Source: Thermoplasmata archaeon
GTDB taxonomy: Archaea > Thermoplasmatota > Thermoplasmata > RBG-16-68-12 > JAJISG01
DNA length: 64,000 nucleotides
Direction of reading: 5' to 3'
Assembly: GCA_046759985.1 (NCBI GenBank)
Contig: JBHIDH010000003.1
Coordinates: forward strand, 2,245-66,244
The notes below the pieces were generated by a model that saw nothing but the letters and a program-made list of their open reading frames with translations, was not told the origin of the DNA and did no database searches. The position numbers and the translations under genes are program-made. The stretch's first letter is position 1, and each line of letters starts with the position of its first letter. Positions 54,350 to 63,494 of this stretch are shown here, piece after piece.

Positions 54350-55429
54350 GTGCGGAGACGAATGGGCGTGCATCTCCTCCCCTTCGATCCCCGTGAGGCC
54401 TCCCCGAGCCAATGGGCCAGGTACCACGTATTCCGTCGGCTGCGCCACGAGGAGACGGATCCCGACGACCCTCTCCTGGGGGATCAAGCGGTGGAGAGCC
54501 TCATGAGGAGGCATGACCCCGAGTGGGAGTCCCTCTACTTCGCCGCCACGCGAGAGGACGCGCCTGAAGAGGTCGTGGGATGGCTCGACCTCGGCCTGAC
54601 GCGAGAAGGAGCCCTCGCGCACCAAACCAACGCCCATATGGCCTGGGTCGAACTCGCCGTCCTCGCCCCTCATCGCAGACAGGGGATTGGACGGACCCTG
54701 CTGGCCAAGGCGGCCGAGGTCGCCAGGGAGCGCGACCGTTCCTTGCTGATGGGGGGTACCGACGAAGAGGACGGGAAGCGTTTCATCGAGGCCGTGGACG
54801 CCGAGGTAGCCCTTCGTTGGCGGGAGAGCCGGCTGGTCCTGGACCAAGTCGACTGGGGAATGGTCGAGGAGTGGGCGACGGAGGGTCCTCGACGCTCCCC
54901 CGAGGCCACCCTCCGATTCGTGGGCAGCTACGTGGACGCCGCGCTGATCGAGGAATACTGCGATGTGGTGACGGAGGTGGGGAATCAGGAGCCCCGCGAG
55001 GACCTGGACCTCGGGGACGAGTTTCTCACTCCGGAGATTCTCCGGGAGCGGGTGGACAACTTCGTGGAGGCGGGCGGGACCCTTCTCCGGTACCTGACCC
55101 AGCCGGAAGAGGGGAAGATTAGTGGGTATACGGTCATGGGCTACTTTCCCGAGGAGAGGACGATGATTCACCAGTACGGGACCGGCGTACGGGAGATCTG
55201 GCGAGGGCACGGCCTGGGCAGGTGGCTCAAGGCGGCCATGCTCCTTCGGGTTCGCCGGGAGTTCCCCCAGGTCAAGGTCGTCGTGACCGGGAACGCTACC
55301 TCCAACGCAGCGATGCTCTCCATCAACCAGCGGCTGGGGTTCAAACCCCACAAGGAGGGGGTCGAGGCGCAGATTCGCCGGGAGGACGCGGAGGGCTATC
55401 TCGCGGCGAATGCTCCCGAGGGGATTTGA
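54350..55429 (+). CDS. Tandem-GNAT N-acetyltransferase family protein (paralog B)
   Basis: 359 aa and collinear with paralog A (WARYH..RR.RH.ETDP.DP; HRRQGIGRTLLAKA; RGHGLGRWLKAAMLLRVRREFPQVKVV.TGNAT.N.AMLSIN.RLGF). The last 19 nt are antisense to tRNA-Glu. Confidence 0.75.
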   Translation: MRRRMGVHLLPFDPREASPSQWARYHVFRRLRHEETDPDDPLLGDQAVESLMRRHDPEWESLYFAATREDAPEEVVGWLDLGLTREGALAHQTNAHMAWVELAVLAPHRRQGIGRTLLAKAAEVARERDRSLLMGGTDEEDGKRFIEAVDAEVALRWRESRLVLDQVDWGMVEEWATEGPRRSPEATLRFVGSYVDAALIEEYCDVVTEVGNQEPREDLDLGDEFLTPEILRERVDNFVEAGGTLLRYLTQPEEGKISGYTVMGYFPEERTMIHQYGTGVREIWRGHGLGRWLKAAMLLRVRREFPQVKVVVTGNATSNAAMLSINQRLGFKPHKEGVEAQIRREDAEGYLAANAPEGI

Positions 55430-55505
55430 ACCCCTGTCAGGGGCTTTCTCCGGCTCTGCCAGCCACGAGAGGCCCCGATGCTTGACCGGACTACACCACG
55501 GGAGC
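55411..55505 (-). tRNA. tRNA-Glu (CTC) with a 20-nt intron at 37/38
   Basis: Reverse-strand hand fold: acceptor GCTCCCG/CGGGAGC, D arm GTGT-AGTCCGGTCAA-GCAT, anticodon stem GGGGC/GCCCC, loop CTCTCG|intron TGGCTGGCAGAGCCGGAGAA (55446-55465)|A, 4-nt variable loop, T arm AGGGG-TTCAAAT-CCCCT, discriminator A. The mature length is 75 nt. Confidence 0.85.
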
Positions 55506-55548
55506 TAGCGGGCGGATACGGCCGACGTCTTATGGGCTTTTCCCGGCC

Positions 55549-57033
55549 TTACTCCGGTTTAACCAGGCCGAAGGCGTCCTTCATGGCCTCGCCGGTCTCG
55601 TCCAAGAAGAGATGCTTCACCTCGGTGTACTCGTAGAGGCCCCAGATTCCGAGCTCCCGACCGATTCCCGACTGCTTGTATCCCCCGTGGGGGGCCGCAC
55701 AGCTCAGAATGTGGTGCTGGTTGACCCAAACGGTCCCCGCGCGAAGGGCCCGCGCGACCGCCTGGGCTTCCTCCAGGTCGCGGGACCACACCGAGGCAGC
55801 CAACCCGTAGGGTGTCGCGTTGGCCATGTCCACCGCCTCCTCGGGGGTCTCGTACGTCAGCACCGAGAGGACCGGGCCGAAGATTTCCTCCCGCGCGATG
55901 GTCATCTCCGGCGTGACGCCATCGAAGATGGCCGGCTCCAGGTAGAACCCCTGGGGGAAGGCGGCCGGCCTTCGGCCCCCGCATAGGAGCTCGGCCCCCT
56001 CCTCCTTCCCCCTCGCCACGTAGGACTCCACCCGCTCGCGCTGGGACGCGGAGATCAAGGGGCCCATGTCCGTTTCCCAGGAGAGCGTGGGCCCCAGGCG
56101 AAGGGATTCCGTCTGCTCTCGTAAGCGCCGCAGAAACCCCTCCCGCTGGGACGTGGGCATCAGGAGGCGTGTAGCCGCGAGACACACCTGGCCCTGATGG
56201 AGGAAGGCCCCGAAGAGGGCGCCCCGAAGGGCCTCCTCCGGGTCGGCATCCGGCAGGATGATCATGGGGGACTTCCCCCCCAGTTCCAGGGTCACCCTCT
56301 TGACCGTATCGGAGGCCAGCTGCATCACGGTCCGGCCCACCTCGGTGGAGCCTGTGAAGGCGACGCTGTCCACGGCAGGGTGGGCGGCGAGTTCCTCCCC
56401 CACCTCCCGCCCCGAGCCCGTGACGACATTCAGGACGCCTGGGGGGAGGCCTGCTCTCGCTGCCAGCCGGGCGTACTCCAGGGCTGTCAAGGGGGTGTAG
56501 CTAGCGGGCTTCAGCACCACGGTGTTCCCTGCGGCGAGGGCGGGGGCCACTTTCCAGACGGCCATGAGGAGAGGGTAGTTCCACGGGATGATGCCGGCAC
56601 AGACACCGATGGGTTCCCGCAGCACGCGGGTCGTGATGCCGATGTCGGGGAGTTCCACCTCCTGGTCCTCCAGCCGGGAGGCCAGTCGCCCGAAGTGACC
56701 CGTATGCTCGATGGCCATGGGCAGGTCCGCGATGGAGGCCTGCCGAATCGGCTTCCCGGCGTTCCGCGCCTCCAACTCGGCAAGGCGGTCCGCCTCGGTC
56801 TGAAGGAGTTCCGCGAGGCGGGTCAGGATGCGCCCCCGCTTCGCGGGAGGCGTCCGGGGCCAGGGCCCTCCATCGAAGGCCTCCCTCGCCGCGTCGATGG
56901 CAGCCCGGGCATCTTCCCTCGTGGCCCGGGGCACGGAGGCCAACACGGTCTCGTCGGACGGATCCAGGATTCCTTGGGTCGCCCCCGACGAGCTCCCGAC
57001 CCACTCCCCGTCGATGAGCATCTTGTACTCCAC
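55549..57033 (-). CDS. NAD(P)+-dependent aldehyde dehydrogenase
   Basis: 494 aa. LIDGEWV near the N-terminus, ELGGKSP and the catalytic Cys region (QGQVCLAATR) are ALDH hallmarks. The start is GTG 57033 or ATG 57021. Confidence 0.92.
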   Translation of the reverse strand: MEYKMLIDGEWVGSSSGATQGILDPSDETVLASVPRATREDARAAIDAAREAFDGGPWPRTPPAKRGRILTRLAELLQTEADRLAELEARNAGKPIRQASIADLPMAIEHTGHFGRLASRLEDQEVELPDIGITTRVLREPIGVCAGIIPWNYPLLMAVWKVAPALAAGNTVVLKPASYTPLTALEYARLAARAGLPPGVLNVVTGSGREVGEELAAHPAVDSVAFTGSTEVGRTVMQLASDTVKRVTLELGGKSPMIILPDADPEEALRGALFGAFLHQGQVCLAATRLLMPTSQREGFLRRLREQTESLRLGPTLSWETDMGPLISASQRERVESYVARGKEEGAELLCGGRRPAAFPQGFYLEPAIFDGVTPEMTIAREEIFGPVLSVLTYETPEEAVDMANATPYGLAASVWSRDLEEAQAVARALRAGTVWVNQHHILSCAAPHGGYKQSGIGRELGIWGLYEYTEVKHLFLDETGEAMKDAFGLVKPE

Positions 57034-57097
57034 GACCGTCCCCGTCGGACCAACACCCCCCTTATACTTGGTCTTTCATGGCTCGTTGGGGTGAGAC

Positions 57098-58144
57098 ATG
57101 CGAGCGGCCGTGTTCCAGGGTCCCGGGAACCCCCTCCACGTTGTGCGGGTGGACGACCCCGTTCCTGAGGCGAGGGAGGTCCTCGTTCGTGTCGAGGCGT
57201 GCGGCGCGTGCCATAGCGACCTGCACGTCATGAAGGAGCACTTTATCCCCCTGGAGAAGGGGCAGATCCTGGGCCACGAAGTCTCGGGCCGGGTGGCGGC
57301 CTTCGGCCCCCGGTGCCGGAACCCCTGGGGGCTGAAGGAGGGCGACCCCGTCCTGGCTTCCTGGATCGCCTCCTGCGGGGCGTGCCACGCGTGTCTACGA
57401 GGGGAGGAGAACCTGTGTCGTTTCCTGGAGATGCCCGGCCTGACGCCGGGCCGGCAGGGCGGCCTCGCGGAACTCATGGCCGTCCCGGAACACACCCTCA
57501 TTCCCCTCCCCGCGTCCGTCCCCCTGGACGTGGCGAGCGTCCTGAGCTGTGCCTACGGGACCTGCTTCAATGCCCTCAGGAACCGGGCGAGGCTCCGGGT
57601 AGGGGAGAGCCTGGCCGTCTTCGGCTGTGGGGGGCTGGGGTTGGCCGCGATTCAGCTGGGGGCCACCTTCGGGGCGGCCGAGATCGTGGCCGTGGACCTC
57701 CTGGATGCGAAGCTGCGGTTTGCCCGGGACCTCGGGGCGACCCGCGTCGTCAACGCGGCGGAGAGGGACCCGGTGGAGGCCATCCTCGAGATGACCGACC
57801 AGCGGGGGGTGGACGTGGTGCTGGAAGCGACGCCCGAACCCCGACTCGAAAGCTCCCTCGAGGTCGCCCGCCGGGGAGGCCGCGTCGTCGTCATTGGCCT
57901 GCATCCCATGGGGACGCGCGTGCCCCTGGACATGATGGGCTTCTCCATGTACAACCTCACCCTCGTGGCCTGCCTCGGCTACAGCCCGCGACGGGACCTC
58001 CCGCCCCTCGTGGACCTCGTGGCCACGGGCCGCCTGGACCCGGGCCGGATTGTCAGCCGCTCCTACTCCCTGGAGGAGGTCAACGAGGCCTACAGCGCCC
58101 TAGAGAAGGGGGAGGTGGCCCGGGCGATTGTCCGGGTCGGCTAG
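57098..58144 (+). CDS. Zinc-dependent alcohol dehydrogenase (MDR family)
   Basis: VEACGACHSDLH (catalytic Zn), the structural-Zn Cys cluster CGACHACLRGEENLC, and the Rossmann motif GCGGLG are present. Confidence 0.9.
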   Translation: MRAAVFQGPGNPLHVVRVDDPVPEAREVLVRVEACGACHSDLHVMKEHFIPLEKGQILGHEVSGRVAAFGPRCRNPWGLKEGDPVLASWIASCGACHACLRGEENLCRFLEMPGLTPGRQGGLAELMAVPEHTLIPLPASVPLDVASVLSCAYGTCFNALRNRARLRVGESLAVFGCGGLGLAAIQLGATFGAAEIVAVDLLDAKLRFARDLGATRVVNAAERDPVEAILEMTDQRGVDVVLEATPEPRLESSLEVARRGGRVVVIGLHPMGTRVPLDMMGFSMYNLTLVACLGYSPRRDLPPLVDLVATGRLDPGRIVSRSYSLEEVNEAYSALEKGEVARAIVRVG

Positions 58145-58551
58145 GTGCCCGGGAACTCCGTGGGGACCTCGCTGGCCGTCTGGACGAGGATCTTGGCGGC
58201 CTTGGTGTACCGCATCACCTTCATCATGCTTCCCTTCAGGTGGAACTTCCCGGTAAGCAGGCCTCGGATCGGATCAATCTGCCCCTCGATGAGCCGGACC
58301 CAGTTGCGATACGGGCCGGCGTAGGTGAAGGCCGCCTTCACCTCCTCCCCCGGTTCCAGGATGCGCGCCTCGCGGCATTTCCCATGCCACAGGTCCACGT
58401 AGAAGGTGGCCGGTTCGTTCAGATCCCCCTCCGGCTCGACGACGAACAGGAAGTCCCCTTCCCAGTCCTTCGCTGCGGAGGCGTAGGCGTCGTTGGCGTT
58501 GATCTTCTCGCGGAAGGTCTCGATCCACTCCTGGGAGGGGAACGCTACCAT
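58141..58551 (-). CDS. SCP2 sterol-carrier-like domain protein
   Basis: 136 aa. The C-terminal LLTGKFHLKGSMMKVMRY is the typical SCP2 pattern. Confidence 0.8.
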   Translation of the reverse strand: MVAFPSQEWIETFREKINANDAYASAAKDWEGDFLFVVEPEGDLNEPATFYVDLWHGKCREARILEPGEEVKAAFTYAGPYRNWVRLIEGQIDPIRGLLTGKFHLKGSMMKVMRYTKAAKILVQTASEVPTEFPGT

Positions 58552-58690
58552 GGTATCGGGCCTCCATGCGTCTCCCCGACATTAAGGCATCGACGGCCCC
58601 GGCGTCCGAGGCACCGACCGCCTCCGGGCCGGGAAGGGGGCCCTCCCCGACACACAAGCCTTAACCGGAGGCTCCCCCCTGGAACGCCCG

Positions 58691-59557
58691 GTGGAGGGGC
58701 TTCGGACCGTTTCGGCGTATGTCGTCCTGACTAAGCCTCGCATCGTCCTGCTGCTGGTTTTGGTCGCCCTGTCCGCTTACGTCGCCTCCGCCCCTGACGC
58801 CATCGTGGTGGAGACCCTCCTCTTCCTGGCGATGGCCGGGGCGTTGACCTCCGCGGGGGCGTCGGCGGTGAACCATTATCTCGACCTGGATATCGATGGG
58901 CGGATGGCCCGAACCCGAAGCCGACCGCTCCCGGCGGGCGTCATCCGGCCTCCCGAGAAGGCCCTCGCCTTCGGGCTGGGGCTCCTGGCGGCTGGCCTGG
59001 CGATAAGCTATCTCCTAGTCAACCCGCAGACCGCCTTCTTCATCCTACTCGGGGCCTTTGTGTACATCGTCGTCTACACCCTGGCCCTCAAGCGGCGGCA
59101 CCCGAGCAACATCGTGATCGGCGGGTTCGCGGGATCGGCCCCCGCGCTGGCAGGCTCCGCCGCGGCCGTCGGGACGGTCACCGTCCCCGCGCTTCTCATC
59201 GCCCTCCTCGTCTTCCTCTGGACGCCCGGCCATTTCTGGGCCCTCGGCCTGCGACACCGGGAGGACTACCGGAGGGCCCAGGTTCCCATGCTCCCCGCCG
59301 TGGCGGGGGAGCGGGAGGCGGCCCTCGCCATCATCGCCTCCACCCTCATCGTCGCGGCCTTCGTCCCGACCTTCTACTTCTTCGGAAGCGTCCCCCTCCT
59401 CTACCTCCTCCCCGCCCTCCTGGCCGCTGGCTATCTCCTCTACACCACCCTCCGGATCTGGGGGGAGCCCAAGGCCGCCTGGGCTTCCTTCAAGTTCTCG
59501 GGAGTCTTCCTCCTCATCACCCTGCTGGCCGTGGCCGCAGGCCGGGTCCTCGGGTAG
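58691..59557 (+). CDS. ctaB: Protoheme IX farnesyltransferase (heme O synthase), UbiA family
   Basis: YVVLTKPRIVLLL and NHYLDLDIDGRMARTRSRPLPAG (first Asp-rich motif) are typical of CtaB/CyoE. GTG start. Confidence 0.88.
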   Translation: MEGLRTVSAYVVLTKPRIVLLLVLVALSAYVASAPDAIVVETLLFLAMAGALTSAGASAVNHYLDLDIDGRMARTRSRPLPAGVIRPPEKALAFGLGLLAAGLAISYLLVNPQTAFFILLGAFVYIVVYTLALKRRHPSNIVIGGFAGSAPALAGSAAAVGTVTVPALLIALLVFLWTPGHFWALGLRHREDYRRAQVPMLPAVAGEREAALAIIASTLIVAAFVPTFYFFGSVPLLYLLPALLAAGYLLYTTLRIWGEPKAAWASFKFSGVFLLITLLAVAAGRVLG

Positions 59558-59569
59558 CGGTCGGGTTCC

Positions 59570-60511
59570 TCACTCGACCAGAATCGTGTCCATCTCTTCC
59601 CGGGCGGCCATGAGCTCGCGCATGTCTCGCAGGATGTCCCGCTGCTCCTTCGCGTAGTAGATCGTGGAGTGCTCCTGGAGGAGGTGGTGGAGGAGCATCT
59701 TCACCTGCCGGAAGGGGAACACGCCGTGAAGCTTGGCGTAGCTCGTGGCCCGTGCCACCCGGACCCCCCGGGCGCCCCCGGCGAACAGGCCGCCGCCCAC
59801 GTTCCCCTGGGCGTTCTGGGCCCCCACGCCCCCGCCGGCGAAGGCCTCCTCCGCCCCCGTCCCGAGACCGGAGGCGGTGACGGGGATGATGTGCCCGTAC
59901 CGGAAGATGCGCGCGAGGATTCCCTGTTTCGTCTCGAGGTCGGTGACGTTCTCGAAGAGGATGCTCCGCTCGCTCTTCGTGAGGATGCCCGCCCGGAGGA
60001 TCAGGCGGAGGTCCGTGATCACGTAGGTGTGGGTTCGCCGGTACAGGTCGATCATGGCCAACCCCCCGAGGGCCAGGACCACGGAGAACAGCGGGAGGAA
60101 GAAGGGGTTGGCCCCCACCTCGGGTGTCTGGAGGGTAATGTACAGGGCCAGGGCGATGAGGACCACGTAGGTCCCGAAGACGGACCATCGGATGGTGAGG
60201 ACCGAGACTGCGATGCCAAAGACCAGGAGGGCGACGGTCCAGATCACGAACCGGACCGCCACGATTCCCGGGATGTACCCCAGGAAGTCCTCAAAGGAGA
60301 CCCAACCCGAGACGGCGTTGAACAGATACCCCATCCCGAGTCCCAGGGCGAAGAGGTAGAGGAAGGGGGCATGGAAGCTCAGGAAGGAGAGGGGGTGGGG
60401 CTGCAATTCCGCACGGATCTCCTCGTTCCGGAGGAGGTCGTACTTCGGCCTCCACGGGCCGGGGATCCGGCGAAGGGCGTTCCTCAGTCGTCTTGCGACT
60501 CGCGAGCGCAT
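59570..60511 (-). CDS. Membrane protein with bacterial-type PH (bPH_2/YdbT-like) domain
   Basis: I trimmed the 426-aa track ORF to the ATG at 60511 (MRSRVARRL). It has TM helices followed by THTYVITDLRLILRAGILTKSERSILFENVTDLETKQGILARIFRYGHIIPVT. A TGTTTTTAAC box lies upstream on the minus strand. Confidence 0.7.
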   Translation of the reverse strand: MRSRVARRLRNALRRIPGPWRPKYDLLRNEEIRAELQPHPLSFLSFHAPFLYLFALGLGMGYLFNAVSGWVSFEDFLGYIPGIVAVRFVIWTVALLVFGIAVSVLTIRWSVFGTYVVLIALALYITLQTPEVGANPFFLPLFSVVLALGGLAMIDLYRRTHTYVITDLRLILRAGILTKSERSILFENVTDLETKQGILARIFRYGHIIPVTASGLGTGAEEAFAGGGVGAQNAQGNVGGGLFAGGARGVRVARATSYAKLHGVFPFRQVKMLLHHLLQEHSTIYYAKEQRDILRDMRELMAAREEMDTILVE

Positions 60512-60603
60512 CCCAACCCCTTCGGACGGCGCGGATGCCCTTTTCCCGTTAAAAACATTTCCTCTGCGGCATGACGCACCCGTCTCCCCGGGACGGCTGA
60601 GGT

Positions 60604-61356
60604 CTAGGCCTTCAGGCCCTCCCCCCAGACCTGCTGCTTGACCCTCTGAAATCCCATCCCCTCGGTCAGCCTGAGGGAGGGGAGGTTGTCCTCGAAGACC
60701 TCGGCGGCCGCCACCTTCCCCCGGGCGAAGACCTTCTCGCAGGTGGCGGTCGTCACGGTCTTCGCGTACCCCCGGCCCCGGTAGCCCTCCTTCACGTGGA
60801 GGAACCCCAACATCACGACGCGATCGGTCTCGAAGTGGGTCATGTCCCACGCGACCAGCTCGCCGTCGACCTCGATGCCGGACGTGATGCCCTCCTCGAT
60901 ACGGCGCCGCACGTACTCGGACGCATCCCGTTCGGGCGCCCAGAGGGCTGCGATCATGGGCGCCTCGGAAACCGCAACGGGCCGGGTCTCTACCATGCGA
61001 GAGGGGCGGAGGTCTTCGGGTCGCATCCGGTAGAGCCAGACCGGCGCCCGAAAGGTCGTCTGCAAGGCGCGCCTGACGAGTGGGATGAGCTCGACATCGA
61101 CGGAGGTCAGGCGATACGTGCCACGCGGAAGGAGGGCGAGGAGGTCCTCCAACCTGTCGGGCGGCTCGGCCGCGGCCGCCAACCTCCGTGTCTCGGGGCG
61201 AACCGCCAGGACGGCGCGGGGTCGCCGGCCGTCGTCGACCCAGACTCGCACCTGGTCTGCTGGGGTGGAGAGGAGGTGGATGACGTGGGCATAGCGGACC
61301 GGCTCGCCTTCGAGCCAGGCACGCAGCCTGCCGAGGACCGCCTCGGTCGGTTCCAC
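60604..61356 (-). CDS. GNAT family N-acetyltransferase
   Basis: The C-terminal domain carries motif A: LGFLHVKEGYRGRGYAKTVTTA. The GTG start lies 21 nt from a TATA box. Confidence 0.75.
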   Translation of the reverse strand: MEPTEAVLGRLRAWLEGEPVRYAHVIHLLSTPADQVRVWVDDGRRPRAVLAVRPETRRLAAAAEPPDRLEDLLALLPRGTYRLTSVDVELIPLVRRALQTTFRAPVWLYRMRPEDLRPSRMVETRPVAVSEAPMIAALWAPERDASEYVRRRIEEGITSGIEVDGELVAWDMTHFETDRVVMLGFLHVKEGYRGRGYAKTVTTATCEKVFARGKVAAAEVFEDNLPSLRLTEGMGFQRVKQQVWGEGLKA

Positions 61357-61376
61357 GCCGTACCTAGACGCCCCCG

Positions 61377-61384
61377 CTATATAG
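61377..61384 (-). promoter_or_regulatory. TATA box (CTATATAG) for the GNAT gene 60604-61356
   Basis: An AT-rich palindromic octamer 21 nt upstream of GTG 61356 on the minus strand. Confidence 0.4.
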
Positions 61385-61428
61385 GGCGTGATTCCTCTCC
61401 GCGCAACCGCGCCGCAATCGGGAAGGCC

Positions 61429-62703
61429 CTAGATTCCGAGCTTCTCCCGGTAGGCCTTGATGTCCAGCAGGCCGTGACCACTGACGTTGAAGACGATGAC
61501 CTTGTCCTCCCCTGTCTCCTTGCACTGAAAGGCCTCGTCGATCGCCCCGGCGACGCTGTAGGCCGATTCGGGGGCGGGGAGAAAGCCCTCGGTGGTGATG
61601 AAGATCTGCGCCCGCTGGAACACGTGCTTCTCGTCGGCCGGATAGGCCAGCGTGTCGATGAGGCCCTCGCTGCGGAGAAGGCTCAGGATCGGCGCCGCCG
61701 CGTGGTAGCGCAGTCCGTCCCCCATGATGGGCTTCATCTCCGCCTGGTGTCCGAGGGTGTACATCTTGAGCATGGGCGTCAGCTCCGCGTGGTCCGCGTA
61801 GTCGTACCGGTATTCGCCCTGCAGGTTGGGGGCGGCCTCGCTCTGGGTGGCCAGGAAGCGTATGCCCCCTTCGCGGAGGGCGTCGGGGACGAAGGGAAGG
61901 ATGAAGCCGCCGAAGTTGCTGCCCCCGCCCAGACAGGAGATCAGCACGTCGGGCCGCTCGTCCACCCGCTCCAGCTGCGCTCGTGTCTCCTGGCCGATCA
62001 CCGTCTGGTGGAGCAGGACGTGGTTCAAGACGGACCCCAGGCAGTAGATTGTCTCGGAGTCCCGCTGGGCGTCCTCCAGCCCCTCCGAGACCGCGATGCC
62101 CAGGGAACCGGGATGGTCGGGGCTCGCCTTTAGGATGGACCTCCCCACCGCGGTCCGTTCGCTGGGGGAGGCGACCACGTCGGCGCCGTAGATCCTCATG
62201 AAGCCCCGACGCTCCGCCTTCCACGCGTGCACGTTCCGCACCCAGTAGACCACGGCCTTGAGTCCCACCAGGGCCGTGGCGTAGGCGACCGCGGTCCCCC
62301 ACTGGCCGGCCCCGGTCTCCGTGGCGACCCGCTCGAAGCCCTCCTCCCGCGCGTACCACGCCTGCGCCAGGGCCGTGTTGACCTTGTGACTTCCCGTGGG
62401 CGAGTAGAACTCCGCCTTGTAATACAGCCGTGCGGGGGTCCCGAGCTCCTCCTCCAGCCTTCGTGCCCGAAACAGCGGGCGTGGTCGCCCCGCCTGCTCG
62501 TACAGGTCCTGGATGCCATCGGGGATCTCGATCCAACGTCGGTCCGAGCTCTCCTGCTCGCGCGCGTGGCGGAGGAGGACCTCCGCAAGCCTCTTCAGGC
62601 GAGGCTCCCCCTCCTCCGGATCCCGGGGGGGCGGGAGCCGCGTCGGTAGGTCGGGCAGCACGTTGTACCAGGAGCGCGGCCTCTCTTCGAGAGGAAGCTG
62701 AAT
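61429..62703 (-). CDS. trpB2: TrpB2-type tryptophan synthase beta-like PLP enzyme (start codon unresolved)
   Basis: SWYNVLPDLPTRLPPPRDP, TGSHKVNTA (PLP Lys) and GGGSNFGG are TrpB2 hallmarks. The track ORF runs upstream to 63234 through pyrF. After the pyrF stop (62757) there is no in-frame ATG/GTG/TTG before the conserved N-terminus. ATT 62703 lies 11 codons before the conserved Trp. Confidence 0.85.
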   Translation of the reverse strand: MQLPLEERPRSWYNVLPDLPTRLPPPRDPEEGEPRLKRLAEVLLRHAREQESSDRRWIEIPDGIQDLYEQAGRPRPLFRARRLEEELGTPARLYYKAEFYSPTGSHKVNTALAQAWYAREEGFERVATETGAGQWGTAVAYATALVGLKAVVYWVRNVHAWKAERRGFMRIYGADVVASPSERTAVGRSILKASPDHPGSLGIAVSEGLEDAQRDSETIYCLGSVLNHVLLHQTVIGQETRAQLERVDERPDVLISCLGGGSNFGGFILPFVPDALREGGIRFLATQSEAAPNLQGEYRYDYADHAELTPMLKMYTLGHQAEMKPIMGDGLRYHAAAPILSLLRSEGLIDTLAYPADEKHVFQRAQIFITTEGFLPAPESAYSVAGAIDEAFQCKETGEDKVIVFNVSGHGLLDIKAYREKLGI

Positions 62704-62756
62704 GAGTCGTGGTCCCCGCGCCGTAACCGTCCCCGCCCCGCTAAGGGGGGTCCTTC

Positions 62757-63407
62757 TTAAACCATTGCGTCGGCGTCCCGAATCCGCGCGAGAATCGCGT
62801 CGGCCGCCTCGGCGGGATGGGGGCTCTGGGTGATGCTCCGCCCGACGATGAGGTGGTCGGCCCCGTGTCGCAGGGCCTCGACGGGGGACCCTCCCTGGGC
62901 GCCGACGCCGGGCGCGAGGATCAGGAGGGATCCCACGAGTTCCCGCAGCTCCCGGAGGACCGCGGGGCGCGTGGCCCCCGCGATGATGCCGGCGGCGCCC
63001 ACCTCCACGGCCAGCCGGGCCAGGTCCTGCGCCAGCGGAAGGACGAATCGGTCCGCCCCGGGATGGCTCATGGCGGTCACCACAAAGACGTCGCCCTGGG
63101 CCGCCTCCAGGCACGCCCGCAGGGAGTCTTTCCCGGGAAACCCGTGGGCGATCACCCCCGAGGCTCCGTGGTCGAAGACCTGCTCCACGATGAGGCGGTT
63201 CGTGGCGGGGATGTCCGCCACCTTGAAGTCGCACAGAACATCGCCGAAGCGACCCAACGTGTCCACGATGCCCAGTCCCGTGGCGAGGACCAGCGGGTAG
63301 TTGACCTTGAACGCGTCGCAGCGGGAGGCCGTGGCCTTGGCGATTTCCACCGCTCGCTTTGCCTCCAGGACATCCAGGGCGATGATCAGCCGTTTCTCCG
63401 TTCGCAT
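62757..63407 (-). CDS. pyrF: Orotidine 5'-phosphate decarboxylase
   Basis: I trimmed to the ATG giving MRTEKRLIIALDV...FKVNYPL...CDFKVADIPATN. The SD GGGAGGCGGC lies directly upstream. Confidence 0.92.
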   Translation of the reverse strand: MRTEKRLIIALDVLEAKRAVEIAKATASRCDAFKVNYPLVLATGLGIVDTLGRFGDVLCDFKVADIPATNRLIVEQVFDHGASGVIAHGFPGKDSLRACLEAAQGDVFVVTAMSHPGADRFVLPLAQDLARLAVEVGAAGIIAGATRPAVLRELRELVGSLLILAPGVGAQGGSPVEALRHGADHLIVGRSITQSPHPAEAADAILARIRDADAMV

Positions 63408-63494
63408 GCCGCCTCCCGCGGGCAGCGCCACCGTGTCTAGTGAGAACAGTCTCACTACCTTTATGTAGTCGCCGGACCGACCCAAGGAGGGGCG

